Shown in pieces: positions 39,327 through 49,254 of a stretch of 64,000 nt of DNA; within the stretch, counting starts at the first letter, position 1, and every line of letters starts with the position of its first letter. The stretch covers positions 384,001 to 448,000 of the forward strand of contig CAWAWS010000039.1 of assembly GCA_963785725.1 (NCBI GenBank), written 5' to 3'. The notes under the pieces were generated by a model. The model was not told the origin of the DNA. It saw nothing but the letters and a program-made list of their open reading frames with translations, and searched no databases. Origin of the DNA: an uncultured delta proteobacterium (GTDB lineage: Bacteria > Myxococcota_A > Polyangia > Palsa-1104). Position numbers and translations under genes: made by a program.

Positions 39327-40943
39327 ATGCCGAAGAACGCCGAGACGAAGCTCTTTTCACCGGTACAGGTCGGTCCGATGACGCTGCAGCACCGCGTGGT
39401 CATGGCGCCGCTCACTCGCTCGCGCGCCGAGCAGCCGGGCGACATACCGGGAAACCTGATGCTCGAGTACTACGCGCAGCGCGCATCGCCGGGCGGCCTC
39501 ATCGTGACCGAGGCGACGACGATCTCCATCTCCGGTCGCGGCTGGCTCGGCGCACCGGGGCTTCATTCCGACGAGCAGGTCGCCGGCTGGAAGCGCATCA
39601 CGACGGCCGTGCAGGCCAAGGGCGGCCACCTCTTTTCGCAGCTGTGGCACATGGGCCGTTCGTCGCACAGCGACATGACCGAGGGCGCGATGCCGGTGGC
39701 GCCCTCCGTCGTGCCGGCCTATTGGCTCGAAGCGCAGCCCAGCATCTCCACGCCCAGCGGTTGGGTCAAGCCGTCGCCGCATCGCGCGCTCGACATTCAC
39801 GAGATCCCGGGCATCGTCGCGGACTATCGCCGCGCGGCCGAGCGCGCCAAGGCCGCCGGCTTCGACGGCGTCGAGCTGCACGGCGCCAACGGCTATCTGC
39901 TCGATCAATTCCTGCAAAGCGGCAGCAACCAGCGGACCGACAAATATGGCGGCTCGATCGAGAATCGCTCGCGCTTCTTGCTCGAAGTCGTCGCCGCGCT
40001 GGTGTCGGTGTGGGGCGGCAACCGCGTCGGCGTGCGCATCGGGCCGGGCGGAACCTGGAACGCGATGTCGGACAGCAATCCGACCGCGCTCTTCAATTAC
40101 GTCGCGGCTGAGCTCAATCGCTTCGAGCTCGCTTATCTCCACATCATCGAGCCGCGCGTCAAAGGTAATGTCGTCATCGCCGAGGGAATGGCGCCGACGG
40201 CGGCGGCGCAGCTGCGCAAGATCTTCAAGGGCAAGATCATCGCCGCCGGCGGATTCGAGCCCGATAGCGCCAAACAGATCGTCGATCAAGGCGACGCCGA
40301 TCTGGTCGCATTCGGGCGCCACTTCGTCGCCAATCCCGATCTGCCGAAGCGTATCGAGCGCGGGCTGCCGCTCAATGCTTACGATCGCGCGACATTTTAT
40401 ACATTCGATTATCACGGTTATACCGACTATCCGTTTTATGATCGGCTGCAGAATTGCCTCGTGTCGGATCCGTTCTGTCCGCAGCTCGCCAATTCGCCTT
40501 TTCATTTCGACAGTCAGATGCAGGCGCGTTTGGCGCAGTCTTCGGCGGCGCAATGCGAGTCGCGCAACAAAGCGTTCGTGCTCGAAGCGTTCGACGCGCT
40601 GTTCAACCGGCGCGATTACGCGGCAGCGGAGCGATACTGGTCGCCCAACTATATCCAGCATAGCGCGCATATCGCGCCGGGAAGAGAAGGGCTGTTCAAT
40701 CTCGTCAAGAGCAGCCCGGCGACATTGAATTACGAGCCGGGCACGATCGTGGCCGATGGCGACTACGTGATGCTGCACGGGCGCTTCTCGGGAACCGGCC
40801 TGCCGGCGCCGTGGATCGTCGTCGACATTCTGCGCATCGCAGAGGGGCGGCTGGCCGAGCACTGGGACGTCATTCAAGACGAGGCCACGCGCGAGCAATC
40901 GAAGAGCGGACAGCCCATGTTCGGCAATCGCTTCCCTGCGTGA
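39327..40943 (+). CDS. Old Yellow Enzyme/alkene reductase fused to a SnoaL/NTF2-like domain
   Basis: AGGAGG RBS; VMAPLTRSRA, ELHGANGYL and FYT...GYTDYP motifs; then YIQHS and EHWDVIQ of SnoaL-like proteins, with no intervening stop. Confidence 0.88.
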   Translation: MPKNAETKLFSPVQVGPMTLQHRVVMAPLTRSRAEQPGDIPGNLMLEYYAQRASPGGLIVTEATTISISGRGWLGAPGLHSDEQVAGWKRITTAVQAKGGHLFSQLWHMGRSSHSDMTEGAMPVAPSVVPAYWLEAQPSISTPSGWVKPSPHRALDIHEIPGIVADYRRAAERAKAAGFDGVELHGANGYLLDQFLQSGSNQRTDKYGGSIENRSRFLLEVVAALVSVWGGNRVGVRIGPGGTWNAMSDSNPTALFNYVAAELNRFELAYLHIIEPRVKGNVVIAEGMAPTAAAQLRKIFKGKIIAAGGFEPDSAKQIVDQGDADLVAFGRHFVANPDLPKRIERGLPLNAYDRATFYTFDYHGYTDYPFYDRLQNCLVSDPFCPQLANSPFHFDSQMQARLAQSSAAQCESRNKAFVLEAFDALFNRRDYAAAERYWSPNYIQHSAHIAPGREGLFNLVKSSPATLNYEPGTIVADGDYVMLHGRFSGTGLPAPWIVVDILRIAEGRLAEHWDVIQDEATREQSKSGQPMFGNRFPA

Positions 40944-41357
40944 ATGGGACAGGACGCGAGCGGCTCGCGCGGGTCGACACTTCGCGTAGGACTCTGACGA
41001 CCGCCGTTGTCGCTCGCTCGACCGGGCGGCGAGCACGTCGCCACTCGAGCCGCGCTCGGCGTCGACCCGGCCTCGCCGTTCGCGATGGTCGGCAAGACCC
41101 ATGCGGACATGTTTCCACCCGATCAGGCCAAGCTGCTCGACGCCGTGAAGACGCGCGGTCGCGCAACGGCTCGAGCGCGCCCAGGAGTGCCGCCGTTCGC
41201 CGCCACCGTGCGCTTGCCGCGCGTCGCCGCCGCCGCCGCGCCGCTGCACGAGACGATGAGCCCGACCGCTCATTGGCGATCGGCCATTCCGCCGCGCGAC
41301 GGCGACTACGATTCAGCAGCTGGCGTCAGTCGATGGTGCGCCGCGCGGCCGTGTCAT

Positions 41358-43251
41358 TCAGCGTGCCGGCGCCGCCGCGTCGAGCTGCCGCAGCGCGTCC
41401 GCGATCTCCGCGCTGCGCGCCGGCGCCAGCCCGCGGGCGCGCACGAAATCCGCGCGCGCCGCCGCCGGGTCGGTCATGAGCCGCGCCCACCCGCGATTGA
41501 CGAGCGCCCGCGCGTCGTCGGGCGCGATGGCCAGCGCCCGATCGTACTGCCGCGCCGCGCCCGCCAAGTCGCCCGCGCGCTGCAGCCGTGCGCCGACGTA
41601 AAAGCGCGCGTCCGCCTCTTCCGCGCCGCGCAGACAGCCGCGCGTCAACGCGTCGCGCCGCGCGTCGAGCGCGCCGTCGCTGTCGCCGTCGTCGTCGAGC
41701 ACGCGCGCGAGCCGTCGATCCCACTCGCACGGCGGCACCGGCGAGCGCCGCGGCGGCGACGGCAGCGGCAGCGCGCGCGTGCCGTCCTCCCAGCGGAAGG
41801 CCAGCCGCAACGGCAGCTCGTGCGCGGCGATGAGCGCGTCATGCTCCGGCGTGCGCCGCGCGAACACCAGCGCCGACGGTCGCCGCCACACGAGCGCCCA
41901 CTCGTCGGGATCGAACGAGCCTGCATGGCGATTGATCCCGGGCTCGTTCAACAGCGCGGCATCGATGTCCCAACGTCGCAACAGCGCATCGAACGTCGGC
42001 GGATCGAGCGGCGTGTCGTCGATGGCGCGGTGGAAGTCGTCGGGATAGGCCGGCAGCCGCGCGTCTTCGAACACCGACCACGCGGGCCAGCCTTGCCAGG
42101 CCAGGTAGCAGCCGACGTCGAGATCGTGGAACATGCGGCGGCGCAGACCCGTCGTCGTCACGAAGTCGATGGCGTCGAAGGGCACGACGTCGGTCGCCGA
42201 GACCCGGCGGCTCCGGGTCGGCGACGCGCTCGACGGCGATCGTGGCGGCCAACGCGACCGTGATGGCGACGGCGACGAGCGCCTGCGCGCGCGTCGACTG
42301 TCCGAGGCGCGGCGCGTGCGCGGCGATGAGGCGTCCGAGGCCGTCGGCCACGAGCGGCGCGGCGATGAGCGCGAATTCGGCGACGAACCGCACCGATCGC
42401 CACGCCAGCAAGGCGACGACGGCGACGCCGACGAGGTCGCGCCACCGTCGCGGCCGCGCGCAAGCGACGGCGAGCGCCACGGCGACGAAGAGGAAGAACC
42501 ACGGATCGTTCCAGGCGTCGGCGTGGCGGAACTCGTCGATGTTGCGGGTCGCGCCCAAGCCGGTGTGCCACAAGAGGTAACGCGGCAGGCGCGTGCCGGC
42601 GGGCGTCGCGAACATGGCCGCGCCGGTCAGCGCCAGCGCCGCCCACGCGCGCCGCCACGGCAGCTGCAGACCGTCGCGCCGCGCGCCGATGAGCCAGCAC
42701 AGCGTCAACAGCGTCGCGAAGAAGACGCCGGCATGGAACTGCGCCCACACGAGCGTCATGAGCGGCAGCCAGCGCCAGCGTCGCGGATGGTCTTCGATGT
42801 CGGCCATCATCATTGCCAACGCGCCCAGTCCCACGAACGTCACGAGGTGCGGTCGTTCCACCAGCCGCGGCCGCATCGTCTCGACGGCCGCGACCAGCGC
42901 CAGCGTCGTCGGCAGCGCGGCGATGCCGCGGCGGCGGCAGGCGAGCCACACCAGCGCCACCGCCGTCGTCACCAGCGCGGTCTTGGCGACGACGATCGCC
43001 GCGAACCCGCCGACGCGATAGAGCAGCGACACCAGCACTTGGAAGGCCCACGCCAAGTCGGGATCGGGCTGATTGGGATAGGTGAACGAGAACAGGTTGC
43101 GAAAGGGAATGTGATGCGTGGCGACGATCAGATCGCCCAGCTTCAGGTGAAAGAAGAGGTCGGTCTCGGCGAGCGGGAAGAGCGCGCGATGGGCCGTCCA
43201 CGCCAGCGTGGCGACGAAGAGGAGCCACTCGATGACGCGCGCCCGCGACAT
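41358..43251 (-). CDS. GT-C-like polytopic membrane protein with C-terminal TPR repeats, frameshift near 42195
   Basis: D-FFHLKLG...FSFT, ERPHL, W-QFHAG and IDEF motifs in the upstream frame; G-YL-W, FEDAR and TPR helices in the downstream frame. Confidence 0.75.
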
Positions 43252-43450
43252 GCCGCGACGATAACATCGCGCGGCCGGCAGCAGACGCTCGCCGGCGTGC
43301 CCGACGGACGTGGCGGCGATCGCGGTGCGCGCCGACGTGCGCCGCGGCCGCGCGGACTGCGGCGAATGCGGGCGCGCGACTGCGCCGTCGCCGCGCGGCA
43401 TTCTTGGCGACGGGTATTGCGCGGCGCGCCGGAGACGTTATCGTGCGCAC

Positions 43451-44332
43451 ATGGCGACGAAAGCGGAGCGACGGCAGGCGTTCTCCACGGCATACGACGC
43501 GATGCTGGCGCGCTGGACGCTGGCGCCGACCGCGCGCGACGTCGCCACCAACGGCGCGACCACGCGCGTGAACGTGTGCGGCAAGGCCGACGCCCCGCCG
43601 CTCGTCATGCTGCACGGCTTCAAAGTGACGTCGACGATGTGGGCGCCCAACGCCGCCGCGTTCGGCGCCGTGCGCCGCTTTTACGCCGTCGACACGCTCG
43701 GCGACTACGGCTTCAGCCACGCCGCCAAACCGCCGCGCAGCCTCGACGCGCTCATGGTCTGGCTCGAGCAGCTGCTCGACGCGCTGGCGCTGCCGGTCGT
43801 CGACTTGGGCGGTATGTCCTACGGCGGCTGGCTGTCGGCGCACTTCGCGGCGCGCCATCCGGCCCGCGTGCGCAAGCTCGTCTTGCTGGCGCCGGGCGCG
43901 ACCTTCGCCAACTTCACGGGCGCGTGGGTGATGCGCGGCATGCCGATGATCTTCTGGCACCGGCGCGCCTTCGTCGAATCCTACTTGCGCTGGGCGGGCG
44001 TGGCGCCGACCGAGCCGGCCGCCCGCGCCGCTTACGACGACACGATGGGCGCGCTCGTCGACGTCATGCACGCCGGCCATCGCACGTTCCCGCTGTTCGG
44101 AATGCCGCTGCCGAAGCCGATCCCCGAAGACGTGACGCGCAAGATCGTGGCGCCGACGCTGCTCGTCTACGGCGCGCAAGAGAAACAATATCCGGCGGCG
44201 GCGGCGGTGGAAGTGGCGAAGACGCGGATCGCGACGCTACAGGCCGAGCTGATTCCACAGGCCAGTCACGACTTGACGTTCGGCCAGGCGACGCGCGTCA
44301 ACGAGCTGGTGACGCAGTTTTTGACGGGCTGA
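43451..44332 (+). CDS. Alpha/beta hydrolase
   Basis: LHGF, GMSYGG nucleophile elbow and ASHD catalytic His. Confidence 0.92.
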   Translation: MATKAERRQAFSTAYDAMLARWTLAPTARDVATNGATTRVNVCGKADAPPLVMLHGFKVTSTMWAPNAAAFGAVRRFYAVDTLGDYGFSHAAKPPRSLDALMVWLEQLLDALALPVVDLGGMSYGGWLSAHFAARHPARVRKLVLLAPGATFANFTGAWVMRGMPMIFWHRRAFVESYLRWAGVAPTEPAARAAYDDTMGALVDVMHAGHRTFPLFGMPLPKPIPEDVTRKIVAPTLLVYGAQEKQYPAAAAVEVAKTRIATLQAELIPQASHDLTFGQATRVNELVTQFLTG

Positions 44333-44872
44333 TTACTTGAGCGCGGCGTCGATGGCGTCGTGCAGCTCCTTCGACTCCGGCGTCACGTTCGACGGAAACG
44401 CCTTGATGACCTGACCATCCTTGCCCACGAGATACTTGTGGAAGTTCCACTTCGGCTCGCCGTTCTTCGCCGTGACGAACTTGTAGACCGGCGACTGATC
44501 GGCGCCTTTGGTCGCGACTTTCTCGAACATCGGGAACGTGACGCCGTAATTCTTCTCGCAGAACGTGTGAATCTGCTCCGACGTGCCCGGCTCCTGCTTG
44601 CCGAAGTCGTTCGACGGGAAGCCGAGGATCACGAGACCCTTGGGCGCGTAGTCTTTGTACAGCTTCTCCAGCCCGGCATATTGCGGCGTAAACCCGCACT
44701 CCGACGCCGTATTGACGACGAGCGCCACTTTGCCTTTGTAGGCCGCGAGCGGCTGCGGCTTTCCGCCCAAGTTGTTGACGGTCAGATCGTAGAGCGACAT
44801 GGAAGTCTCCTTGGCGACGACGACGCTGCCCGACAATAGCAAAGCAGCGACGAGCATGAGCTTCTTGTGCAT
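44333..44872 (-). CDS. Glutathione peroxidase family protein (Cys-type) with signal peptide
   Basis: VNTASECGFTPQY, GFPSNDFG-QEPG and WNFHKYLV motifs. Confidence 0.95.
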   Translation of the reverse strand: MHKKLMLVAALLLSGSVVVAKETSMSLYDLTVNNLGGKPQPLAAYKGKVALVVNTASECGFTPQYAGLEKLYKDYAPKGLVILGFPSNDFGKQEPGTSEQIHTFCEKNYGVTFPMFEKVATKGADQSPVYKFVTAKNGEPKWNFHKYLVGKDGQVIKAFPSNVTPESKELHDAIDAALK

Positions 44873-44946
44873 GTCGATTGTGATGCACCCGCGCCGCCGC
44901 AGTTACAAGTAGATCCGCGCCGTCCGTCGTTTTACGCTGATCGGCG

Positions 44947-46752
44947 GTGAGCGCCGTCGTCGTCGAGCACGAGGTCAGCTGCAAGAGCAGCGTACACGCG
45001 CTGTGGCAGGTCTTGACGGACACGTCGTATCTGAACCGGTTGAGCGGCGAGGCGCCACGCGAAATCACGCCCATCGAAGGCCCGAACGGCGCGCGCTATC
45101 GCATTCGCATGCGCGCCGGCGGCTTCAACGTCGAGTGGCAGGAGTGGCCGTTCGAGTGGGTGGTCGAGGATCATTTTCGCACGCTGCGGCTGTTCAACGC
45201 CGGCCCGGTCTCGTCGGTGGACACGCTGCTGACCTTCTCGCCGGCGAATGACGGCGGTGCGCGCGTCATCATTCGCCTCGCGCTTACGCCGAAGCTGTCG
45301 TGGCTGCGCTTCGTCATTCGGCTGGGCGCGCGCAAGGCGGCCGACGCGCTGGCGACCGCGGTGCGGCGTATCGACGCGGCGTTGGTGCAGCGTTCGCCGC
45401 TGCCGCTGCCGACGAAAGCGCCGCTCGCGCCGGTCGCGGCGACGTCCGCGGCGACCTCGGCGTTCGGGCGCGCCCACGAGCGGCTGCGCACCGAGGCGTC
45501 GCCCGAGCTGGCCGATCGGCTGAGCACGTTCGTGGCGCACGGTCGTGACGAGGAGCTGGGGCGCATTCGTCCCTACGCGTTGGCGGCGGAGTGGGGCGTC
45601 GATCGGCGCGCGCTGTTGGCGACGTGCCTGCAAGCGGTGCGCGTCGGTCTGCTCGAGCTGCGTTGGGAGGTCATTTGTCCCAGCTGCCGCGTCGGCGCCG
45701 AGGTCGTCAGCACGCTGTCGGCGGTCAAAGATCACGCGACCTGCCACCTGTGCGAGATCGCGTTCGGGCTCGAGCTCGACGAGGCGCTGGAGGCGACGTT
45801 TGCGCCGACGCCGGCCGTGCGCCGCATCGACGTCGCGCAATATTGCGTCGGCGGGCCGGCGCGCACGCCGCACGTGCTGGCGCAAGCGGCGCTGCCGGCG
45901 CGCGGCCGGGTGACGCTGCCGGTGCCGGCGACGGCCGGCCGCTATCGTCTGTTCGTGCGCGGCGGCGCCATGCGCGCGCTCGAGCTGGCCGACGACGCGC
46001 CCGCCGACCTCGAGCTCGCGTTCGCCGACGACGCCACGCCGGCGCGCGTGCGGCCGGGCGGCCACGTCACCATCGTCAGCAACTTCGCCGACGAGCGCCA
46101 CGTCAAGCTCGAGCGCGTGGCGACCGAGACGCTGGCGGCGTCGGCGCGCGAGGTGACGGCGATGCCCGGTTTCCGTCGCGATTTCGCCGCCGAGGTCCTG
46201 CGTCCCGACTTGGCGCTCAAGGTCTCGACGGTGACGCTGTTCTTCAGCGATCTGACGGCCTCGACGCAGCTCTATGCCGACGTCGGTGACGCGCCGGCGC
46301 TCAAGCTGGTGCACGACCACTTCGATCTCGTGCTCGCGATCTTGTCGAAGCACGGCGGCACGCTGGTCAAGACCATCGGCGACGCGGTGATGGCGGCGTT
46401 CAACGACGATCTGGATGCCGTCGCCGCGTCGCTGGAGGCGCTGACGGCGTTCGAGACGTTCCGCGCCGAAGCGCCCAACGGCGAGCGTACTCATTTGAAG
46501 CTGGGCGTGTATCGCGGGCCGAGCTACCTCGTCACGGCCAATGGCGTGCTCGATTACTTCGGGCAGACGGTGAACATCGCGGCGCGGCTGCAGGCGCAGG
46601 CGAATTCGGGCGAGCTCGTCATCGAGCAGACGCTGGCCGACGCGGCCGTGCGCGCGGGCCGGCTGCCGGCGACGGCCGTGCGCGAGCGTTACCGAGCGTC
46701 GCTCAAGGGCGTGGCCGAGCCCATCGACGTCTGCCGCGTCGTTGCCACCTAA
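44947..46752 (+). CDS. Class III adenylate/guanylate cyclase with SRPBCC-like N-terminus and Cys-containing middle domain (DUF5939-like)
   Basis: FSDL--ST, KTIGDAVMA and DYFGQTVNIAARL motifs; CPSC...CHLC middle domain. Confidence 0.88.
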   Translation: MSAVVVEHEVSCKSSVHALWQVLTDTSYLNRLSGEAPREITPIEGPNGARYRIRMRAGGFNVEWQEWPFEWVVEDHFRTLRLFNAGPVSSVDTLLTFSPANDGGARVIIRLALTPKLSWLRFVIRLGARKAADALATAVRRIDAALVQRSPLPLPTKAPLAPVAATSAATSAFGRAHERLRTEASPELADRLSTFVAHGRDEELGRIRPYALAAEWGVDRRALLATCLQAVRVGLLELRWEVICPSCRVGAEVVSTLSAVKDHATCHLCEIAFGLELDEALEATFAPTPAVRRIDVAQYCVGGPARTPHVLAQAALPARGRVTLPVPATAGRYRLFVRGGAMRALELADDAPADLELAFADDATPARVRPGGHVTIVSNFADERHVKLERVATETLAASAREVTAMPGFRRDFAAEVLRPDLALKVSTVTLFFSDLTASTQLYADVGDAPALKLVHDHFDLVLAILSKHGGTLVKTIGDAVMAAFNDDLDAVAASLEALTAFETFRAEAPNGERTHLKLGVYRGPSYLVTANGVLDYFGQTVNIAARLQAQANSGELVIEQTLADAAVRAGRLPATAVRERYRASLKGVAEPIDVCRVVAT

Positions 46753-46841
46753 TCCGCCGCGTCGCCGCGAGCGCGCCGCATCGGCACCGCGTCGGCGATG
46801 GCGACGTCACGACGACGTCATTCTCGGACTGGTCTAGGGAA

Positions 46842-47561
46842 TCAGCCGCAGCGGTTGGGTTGGCCGACGGCGCCGCAGATTTGACCGTTGGGGCAGCCGT
46901 TGCAGTGCAGCACGCCCGAGCAGCCGTCGGGAATGTCGCCGCATTGGCCGGGCTGACACGTCAGCGGCGTGCAGATGCGCTGGTTGCCGCAGGTGTAGGC
47001 GTCGTTGGCGTCGCCGCACAATTGGCTGACGCCGCAGGCCGGGCAGTTGAGGACGCCGCCGCAGCCGTCGGGATACTGGCCGCAGTGGATGGTGCTGAAG
47101 TCGGAGCACGACTTGTGCGGCGTGCAGGTGCAGCTGTTGGCGGTCTGCGCGCTGCACGTGTTGGCGACGGCGCAATCGCCGCAATGGAGCACGTTGCCGC
47201 AGCCGTCGTTGGGCAAGGTGCCGCACTGCTGGAACGCGCATTTGATGCTCGGCTGGCAGACCGACGCGAGGTCGCCGCTGCGCGCCAGATCGGGCGGCGA
47301 CGCCGGCATGTCGACGACCGGCAGCGGCAGATCGCGCGGCGACATCGCCAGATCGGCGGGCACCGACGACGACAGATCGGGCACGCTCAGGTCGCCGACG
47401 AGCGGCATCGAGCCGGCGACATAACAGCGACGATCGCTCGCACATTGGTAATCGGGCGGACAGCTTCCATCGTCGGCGCAATGGATCTGGCCTTGGCCTA
47501 AGTTCGGCGCAAAGCAGCCTGCCAGTAGGAAAACGAGCCCTAAAATCCGTCGTCTCGCCAA
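46842..47561 (-). CDS. Cys-rich lipoprotein with DL(S/A)-repeat linker
   Basis: Lipobox LLAGC; three repeats of CG---DGC-GVL-C--C-----CG. Confidence 0.75.
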   Translation of the reverse strand: MARRRILGLVFLLAGCFAPNLGQGQIHCADDGSCPPDYQCASDRRCYVAGSMPLVGDLSVPDLSSSVPADLAMSPRDLPLPVVDMPASPPDLARSGDLASVCQPSIKCAFQQCGTLPNDGCGNVLHCGDCAVANTCSAQTANSCTCTPHKSCSDFSTIHCGQYPDGCGGVLNCPACGVSQLCGDANDAYTCGNQRICTPLTCQPGQCGDIPDGCSGVLHCNGCPNGQICGAVGQPNRCG

Positions 47562-47580
47562 GGAGACAGCAGCATAACAG

Positions 47581-48984
47581 TTATTCTGGCTTACGAATGG
47601 TTGCTTCGGAAATAATCAGCCGATCGAGGGAATCGTCGAGGCGAACCGAGGGCTCCGGGCGCGGCGCGGGCGGCGGCACGGTCACGGCGGCATCGGTCGC
47701 GGCCGTGGCCTTGCCGAAGATCGACCGCTCGATGGCGCGCGTCGCGGCCGTCGGCGGAGCCGCCGATGGCGCGGCTGCCGACGACTCGGGCTCGACGAGA
47801 TCCTCGGCCGGCACGTCGCCGAGGCCGAGCGGCGCGAAGCGCGCCCGCGACGCCTCGCCGAGGCTGCGCAGCTTGAGCTGCAGGTCGCGCCGCGACACGA
47901 AGATCTCCTCGCGGCGGCCGGCGTCGGTCTGGCGCTTGAGGACCAGCTCCGTCGGCGTCAGCGAGCGGCGCGCGATCTCTTGCACCACCGGCGCCATCAG
48001 CGTCACCAAGCGCTCGACGAGCTGCTTCGGATCGCGATGATCGCCGAGCGGGATCTCGCCGATGGCCGCTTCGATCATCGACTGCCGGCCGCGCAGGACG
48101 TCGGTCGTCGCCGCGCGCAGCTTGTCCTTGAGCTCGATGACGCGCGCCGAGTCGGTGTCGTCGAGATCGAAGGGCGGCAGATCCGTGGCTTCGCCGGCGC
48201 GGCGCAGGATGACGCGCGTGGCGTCGTCGCGCATGACCAAGTCGTAGCCGACGCCGCTGCCGTCGGCGGCGGCGCGCAGCTGGATCTCGTTCTCGCGGCC
48301 GCCCGACACGAACGCCGTGATGAACTCTTTCTCGAGCCGTTGCGGGCGCAGCTTCACCTCTTTGCGCAGCCAGCCGCCGGCTTCGGGCGCGTGCACTTCC
48401 AGCCGCTCCATCAGCTTGTCGACGCGCGCCACGTGCGCCAGCACGTTCGACGACGGGATCTCGAGCTCCAGCACCGCCTGCAGATCCCCGAGCGCGCGAA
48501 TGTAGAGCCGCGCCGCGTAGACGTTGTTGGCCTGCTGCTGCAGTCGCAGCTCGCTCGTCATCTCCGGCAGGTCGTGGCGCTTCAGGAACGCGGCCAGCGC
48601 GTCGACGCAGCGGCGACGATCGCGGCGCGCCTCCTCCTCGATGCGGCCGGCGTCGGCTTCGGCGACGGCGCGCACGCCGTCGATGGCGGTGCGCACGACC
48701 TCGGCCGCGCTGCGCAACAGCGTCTGCGCGCAGGTCGCGGTCGCCGAATCCTCGGCGCCGACTTCGACGCCGTTGATGGCCGCCGCCTGCGTCGCGCCCA
48801 GCGCCTCGAGCCGAATGACCTCCTGCTCGGCGCGGCGGCGCGCGTCTTCGACCCGCGCCGCGCCGGCGGCCATGCGCTCGTCGGCGGCCAGCACCTGCAC
48901 GCAGAAGTCGAGCGCGTCGCGCAAGAAGTCGATGTAGTCGATCTGCAACGTAGACGGACTAGAGTCGCCGAACAGAAAGCTCAT
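47581..48984 (-). CDS. Uncharacterised protein, paralog of 31938-33113
   Basis: GAGG RBS; MSFLFGDSSP...IDFL; C-terminal ELVLKRQTDAGRREEIFVSR; Pro/Ala-rich tail. Confidence 0.85.
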   Translation of the reverse strand: MSFLFGDSSPSTLQIDYIDFLRDALDFCVQVLAADERMAAGAARVEDARRRAEQEVIRLEALGATQAAAINGVEVGAEDSATATCAQTLLRSAAEVVRTAIDGVRAVAEADAGRIEEEARRDRRRCVDALAAFLKRHDLPEMTSELRLQQQANNVYAARLYIRALGDLQAVLELEIPSSNVLAHVARVDKLMERLEVHAPEAGGWLRKEVKLRPQRLEKEFITAFVSGGRENEIQLRAAADGSGVGYDLVMRDDATRVILRRAGEATDLPPFDLDDTDSARVIELKDKLRAATTDVLRGRQSMIEAAIGEIPLGDHRDPKQLVERLVTLMAPVVQEIARRSLTPTELVLKRQTDAGRREEIFVSRRDLQLKLRSLGEASRARFAPLGLGDVPAEDLVEPESSAAAPSAAPPTAATRAIERSIFGKATAATDAAVTVPPPAPRPEPSVRLDDSLDRLIISEATIRKPE

Positions 48985-49254
48985 CCAACACCTCGCCCTC
49001 ATCGTACGCCGCCTCAGGCAGGTCCGTCGAGGCGGATCGGATCCGCACGGCCATTGCGACTCGTGAGCTTGCACTCGTTTTTTACGCTGCGTGTGCGGGC
49101 GAACGTGGGCGCTTCGAGACCGAGCCCGCGATAAACCAATCACCGTTTGCGCGATCAACCGCCGGCCTCGAAATACAGGATTCCTTCGTCGTCGCGCCTG
49201 GCCGTGAACGCCGAATCCTCGCCGGGGACCCAGCAAAATCACGGTGGCGAGGTA

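Noticed and set aside
44333..44872. Selenocysteine glutathione peroxidase
   Set aside because: The active-site codon is Cys (ASECG), with no in-frame TGA.
48985..49254. Possible riboswitch in the leader of the unknown-family paralog
   Set aside because: No recognisable aptamer motif by eye; an Rfam scan would be needed.
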